Below, in pieces: positions 60,818 through 64,000 of a DNA stretch of 64,000 bases. The stretch's first letter is position 1. Every line of letters begins with the position of its first letter. Origin of the DNA: Obrimoposthia wandeli (taxonomy: Eukaryota); NCBI GenBank assembly GCA_977020255.1, contig CDROCS010001295.1, positions 1-64,000 on the forward strand, given 5' to 3'. The notes under the pieces were generated by a model. That model saw only the letters and a program-made list of their open reading frames with translations. It was not told the origin of the DNA and did no database searches. The position numbers and the translations under genes were made by a program.

Positions 60818-62875
60818 TTATTTTTGCGCTGTAAACGGCAACGTATTAATCAAGTTATCGACTAGACTTTTACTACTATTAAGCCCAGCGATGATTCTTT
60901 CCATGGCAATAAATTGCTTTGATAAGCGCTCTTGGTAAGACGTCATTTTTATGTCTAACTTTTTTTGATCACCTTCCAAACCCGTCAATTTACTTTGAAT
61001 ACTTTCTTCTTTGTTGCTAATCATCCCTCCGGTATTTAAAAAAGCGCCCATCAAATTAGACAATTCACCGGCAAAGCCATGGGAAAACTCATAACTATAG
61101 GCACCCGATACCGTGCCTTCTTTAACTTTTAAGTTCATACCGTAAGCATCAGTATCGATAGCCGCTAACAATAAGTCACCCGAACCAAAAGCCGCCACAC
61201 CATTAATTGTACCGGCCGCATCTACCCCAACCGTCGTTGCTGTTGCATCAGTGATTTTAACATTGGCGGCAAAGTCGGCACCTGCCGTTTCAAATCTAAT
61301 TCCTGAATTACTACCATATTCACGGGAAGTTAATTTTAAGAACTCACCCCCTAAACCGTCACTTTCAACTGAAACATCCACGAATGAGCGTGATTCAGCA
61401 ATTTCACTATCACCGTTAATAATACTTTGTAAATCAGCCGCTAACTCAGTAGCATTAGCATAAGTTCCTTCAAGCTCTAAGCTACCTGTAGTAGTGCCAT
61501 TAACCAACACACTAAAAGCATAATCGTCTCCTGCCCCGCTAGCATCTACTGGAAAAGTAATCGCTTCGCCGCTTAAAAAGCCTTTGCTCGGAGATTGACT
61601 AATAACAACGTCATAGCTACCTGCTTTAGCCGAAGAGCCATAACTGCCTAAATTAACCTCAATCGCATTACTAGAAACACTTGAGGACTGCGCGAACAGC
61701 TTTGCTACTTCGTCAAAATCGCCAGTAATAGCCTTCTGGAATTCTTCATCTATTATTTCTAAGGTACCATCCAATTTGGTACGAATACCTACATTGGTCA
61801 AAGCACTAAAGTTTTCTTTGGCGTCAAGCCCTGGTACTGATGTTGAAATAGTTTGCCTGATAAGGCTTAATAAGCTCTTAGCCGTACCATCCTTTGAAAG
61901 CTGACCAACGCTGGTAGCACCGGTTTCTTCATCCGTTTTAACCCCCACTAATTCGTTCATCGTGTTATAGAATAAATTATAACCTTCAACAAATGCTTTA
62001 ATCGCTGTTTCAGCAGTACTGCGATCTTCAGTGATTGAAAAAGTGATAGGGTTTCCGACATCCGCTTTGTTTAGAGTAAAGCTAAAACCGGCTATTACAT
62101 CATCAATGTTGTTATTTTCGCGAGTTACCGCTAAGCCATTTAATTTGATTTCTGCATTTTGCGCTTGCTGGGTTTCAGTAACAGCAGTATTTAACCCTCC
62201 TGCTTCAAATTCAAAATCATCCAAAGCTGCGCTATCACCACTAATTTGCAACGCATTTTTTGCACCGGACTCAGAAGTCACCATCAACTGCGCCACCCCA
62301 TCAATTTCTAAGACGGCCGCTTTCACACCGGACTCTGCATCATTTATTTTTTTAGCAATGTCCGTTAAAGAATCCGCGACATCTATAGAGACCTTGAAAG
62401 AAGCTTTATCTGCATTGACCGCAAAACTACTAGCCACCTCTGGCGCACCTGCATAGGTCCATTCGCCTATTTTAAAGGTCAATTCGCCACTTTTATTTAA
62501 CGCCGTGCTGGCATCACTCGCGGCAACATTAAATGCTAGCGTTTGTGCTGCGGCCACTTGCTCTACTTCAATTTTATAAGTACCGGGCTGGGCCGAGGAA
62601 TCTAAACTATTTACCGATAATACATCCGTGGTTGGAACATTGACCGCCCGTGAATTAAACAAATCGGGATCTGCCAAGGGCGTCATCAATGTTTGTAATT
62701 CACTCATACTGCCTTTAAGCGTACCGTAAGCGGATATTTGTGATTCGAAACCGGATTTTTTATTATCAATCTGCGTTTGCAAAGGTGCTTTTTGCGCAGC
62801 AACTAAATCTGTCACAAGTTGTTGGCTATCAAAACCAGCACCAGCACCCAAAGCCGAAACAATACTTGTTGCCAT
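60818..62875 (-). CDS. fliD: Flagellar filament cap protein
   Basis: LGAGAGFDSQQLVTDLV, ISAYGTLK, VEQVAAAQ, C-terminal RLSKQFIAME. Confidence 0.97.
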   Translation of the reverse strand: MATSIVSALGAGAGFDSQQLVTDLVAAQKAPLQTQIDNKKSGFESQISAYGTLKGSMSELQTLMTPLADPDLFNSRAVNVPTTDVLSVNSLDSSAQPGTYKIEVEQVAAAQTLAFNVAASDASTALNKSGELTFKIGEWTYAGAPEVASSFAVNADKASFKVSIDVADSLTDIAKKINDAESGVKAAVLEIDGVAQLMVTSESGAKNALQISGDSAALDDFEFEAGGLNTAVTETQQAQNAEIKLNGLAVTRENNNIDDVIAGFSFTLNKADVGNPITFSITEDRSTAETAIKAFVEGYNLFYNTMNELVGVKTDEETGATSVGQLSKDGTAKSLLSLIRQTISTSVPGLDAKENFSALTNVGIRTKLDGTLEIIDEEFQKAITGDFDEVAKLFAQSSSVSSNAIEVNLGSYGSSAKAGSYDVVISQSPSKGFLSGEAITFPVDASGAGDDYAFSVLVNGTTTGSLELEGTYANATELAADLQSIINGDSEIAESRSFVDVSVESDGLGGEFLKLTSREYGSNSGIRFETAGADFAANVKITDATATTVGVDAAGTINGVAAFGSGDLLLAAIDTDAYGMNLKVKEGTVSGAYSYEFSHGFAGELSNLMGAFLNTGGMISNKEESIQSKLTGLEGDQKKLDIKMTSYQERLSKQFIAMERIIAGLNSSKSLVDNLINTLPFTAQK

Positions 62876-62962
62876 ATTACCACCTATTTAGCTTTATCTT
62901 GGTTCGTTTTGATACCAATAACTTTTGAACAGTTAAAGGTATAGCTTGTGATTAACTTAAGG

Positions 62963-62988
62963 GGCCGGTATTGCTTATCAAACCGGCC
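62963..62988. terminator. GC-rich stem-loop between flaG and fliD
   Basis: GGCCGGT-N12-ACCGGCC; no strong U-tract. Confidence 0.35.
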
Positions 62989-62993
62989 GGTAC

Positions 62994-63377
62994 TTAAGCT
63001 TTATCATTTAGTATAAGACCCAACATACTTTCTATCTGCTTAGCGACCGCTAAGGCCTCTTTGGTCGGCATTTGCCTAATCACATCTTGAGTCAACTTAT
63101 CTTTCACTACTACCACCATTTGATCGCTGTCTTGATCGATGGTAAAGCTTAAGTCACGCTGTGCTACATTTCCAACAAAGTTGTTTAACTTATCCACTGC
63201 CGCTTCTAGCTCTTGTGGATTCGCTTCAACGGCCTCTGTGACCGCAGCCACTGCCGCAACTTCTTTTGCTGCTTGCTCTGGTTTAGGTTGACTATTCTTT
63301 TCAACGTCCATTAGCTTCGAATTAGGCTGGCTAACACTTACCGGAACTGGATTGGCATTAATAGATTCGACTGACAT
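62994..63377 (-). CDS. flaG: Flagellar protein FlaG
   Basis: AVDKLNNFV, LSFTIDQDS, VIRQMP; between fliC and fliD. Confidence 0.93.
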   Translation of the reverse strand: MSVESINANPVPVSVSQPNSKLMDVEKNSQPKPEQAAKEVAAVAAVTEAVEANPQELEAAVDKLNNFVGNVAQRDLSFTIDQDSDQMVVVVKDKLTQDVIRQMPTKEALAVAKQIESMLGLILNDKA

Positions 63378-63394
63378 AATACACCTCTTAAGCT

Positions 63395-63429
63395 AAAAAG
63401 CCCTCACCACTAAAGATGGAGAGGGCTTT
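63395..63429 (-). terminator. Rho-independent terminator after flagellin
   Basis: Minus strand AAAGCCCTC..CCA/TGG..GAGGGC followed by TTTTT. Confidence 0.75.
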
Positions 63430-63454
63430 CTTTAGATCAGATTATAAACGGATA

Positions 63455-64000
63455 TTACTGAAGTAGCGACAACACTTGCTGAGGACGTGAGTTAGCTTGT
63501 GCTAACATCGCATTACCGGCAGATTGCAGTACTTGAGCTCGTGACAAGTTAGCAGATTCTGCTGCAAAGTCAGCATCCATAATACGTGATTTAGCCGCAG
63601 ATGCGTTCTCAGAGACGTTAGCTAAGTTCTGAACCGTGAAATCTAAACGGTTAGTTACCGCACCTAATTCACCACGAACATCACTGATAGTTTGAATTGC
63701 AGTATCTAAAATACCGATGGCTTTGTTTGCGCCCGCTGCAGTTGAGATATCTAAGCTATTCACTGCGGCTCCGAATTTTCCATCAGCAGCTACGTTTGAA
63801 TCTAATAAACCAGTCTTAGCTTGAAGAGCCACTGTTTTATGTTCAACATTAATAGGGTTACCATTCTCCGATGTTAAACGAAGCCCACCGATAGCTATTG
63901 CGCCAGTACCAGCACCAGCTGCCATTGCAGCACTTGCTGTTCCAGCAGATTCTGCTTTAGCAGTCAAGAAGGTTTCAGTTCCTACTAGTGTGCCAGCCGC
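63455..64000 (-). CDS. fliC: Flagellin, C-terminal part (gene runs off the window end)
   Basis: RGELGAVTNRL, SRIMDADFAAESANLSRAQVLQSAGNAMLAQAN...VLSLLQ. Confidence 0.98.
   Translation of the reverse strand, partial: AAGTLVGTETFLTAKAESAGTASAAMAAGAGTGAIAIGGLRLTSENGNPINVEHKTVALQAKTGLLDSNVAADGKFGAAVNSLDISTAAGANKAIGILDTAIQTISDVRGELGAVTNRLDFTVQNLANVSENASAAKSRIMDADFAAESANLSRAQVLQSAGNAMLAQANSRPQQVLSLLQ

Noticed and set aside
62876-62993. Sigma28 promoter for fliD
   Set aside because: No TAAA-N15-GCCGATAA match found.
1-64000. IS elements, prophage, defence or toxin-antitoxin genes
   Set aside because: No transposase, integrase, nuclease or TA-like ORF was recognised in any frame.

Overview
Chromosomal window from an AT-rich gammaproteobacterium (GC looks to be in the high-30s %, judged by eye, not computed). 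Gene content and order resemble Pseudomonadales/Oceanospirillales (inference). 1-20.6 kb is the conserved rpe/DUF3530/djlA/murU/amgK <-> lptD-surA-pdxA-rsmA-apaG-apaH-glpE locus, then folK/folB/tsaD, the rpsU-dnaG-rpoD operon and a tRNA-Ile2(CAU). 21-25 kb holds pgi, an RsuA-type pseudouridine synthase, a TetR regulator and a YHS-type secreted protein. 25-64 kb is a polar-flagellum/chemotaxis supercluster, all on the minus strand (fliC to flhB), with a rearranged gene order and acs embedded in it. No transposase, integrase, phage gene, rRNA or CRISPR array is visible. The first ~6 kb is riddled with indels, even in normally essential lptD, which points more to low-quality consensus than to biology; yqeY looks like a real pseudogene. 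Most notable observations: (1) acs sits between fleR and fliE behind a near-copy of the FleQ-type box found at flhA, fliE and fleQ; (2) this FleQ has lost most known c-di-GMP-binding residues and carries a box in its own leader; (3) a three-unit tRNA-Ile2 array with a ~115-bp period, two units decayed; (4) a 27-copy 15-bp array in a broken ParP/CheW-like gene, with canonical cheW missing; (5) an 842-aa FliK with 87-bp internal repeats. I did not find a clearly self-contained novel system. The best candidate is the inferred acetate-motility regulatory link, which is a hypothesis.
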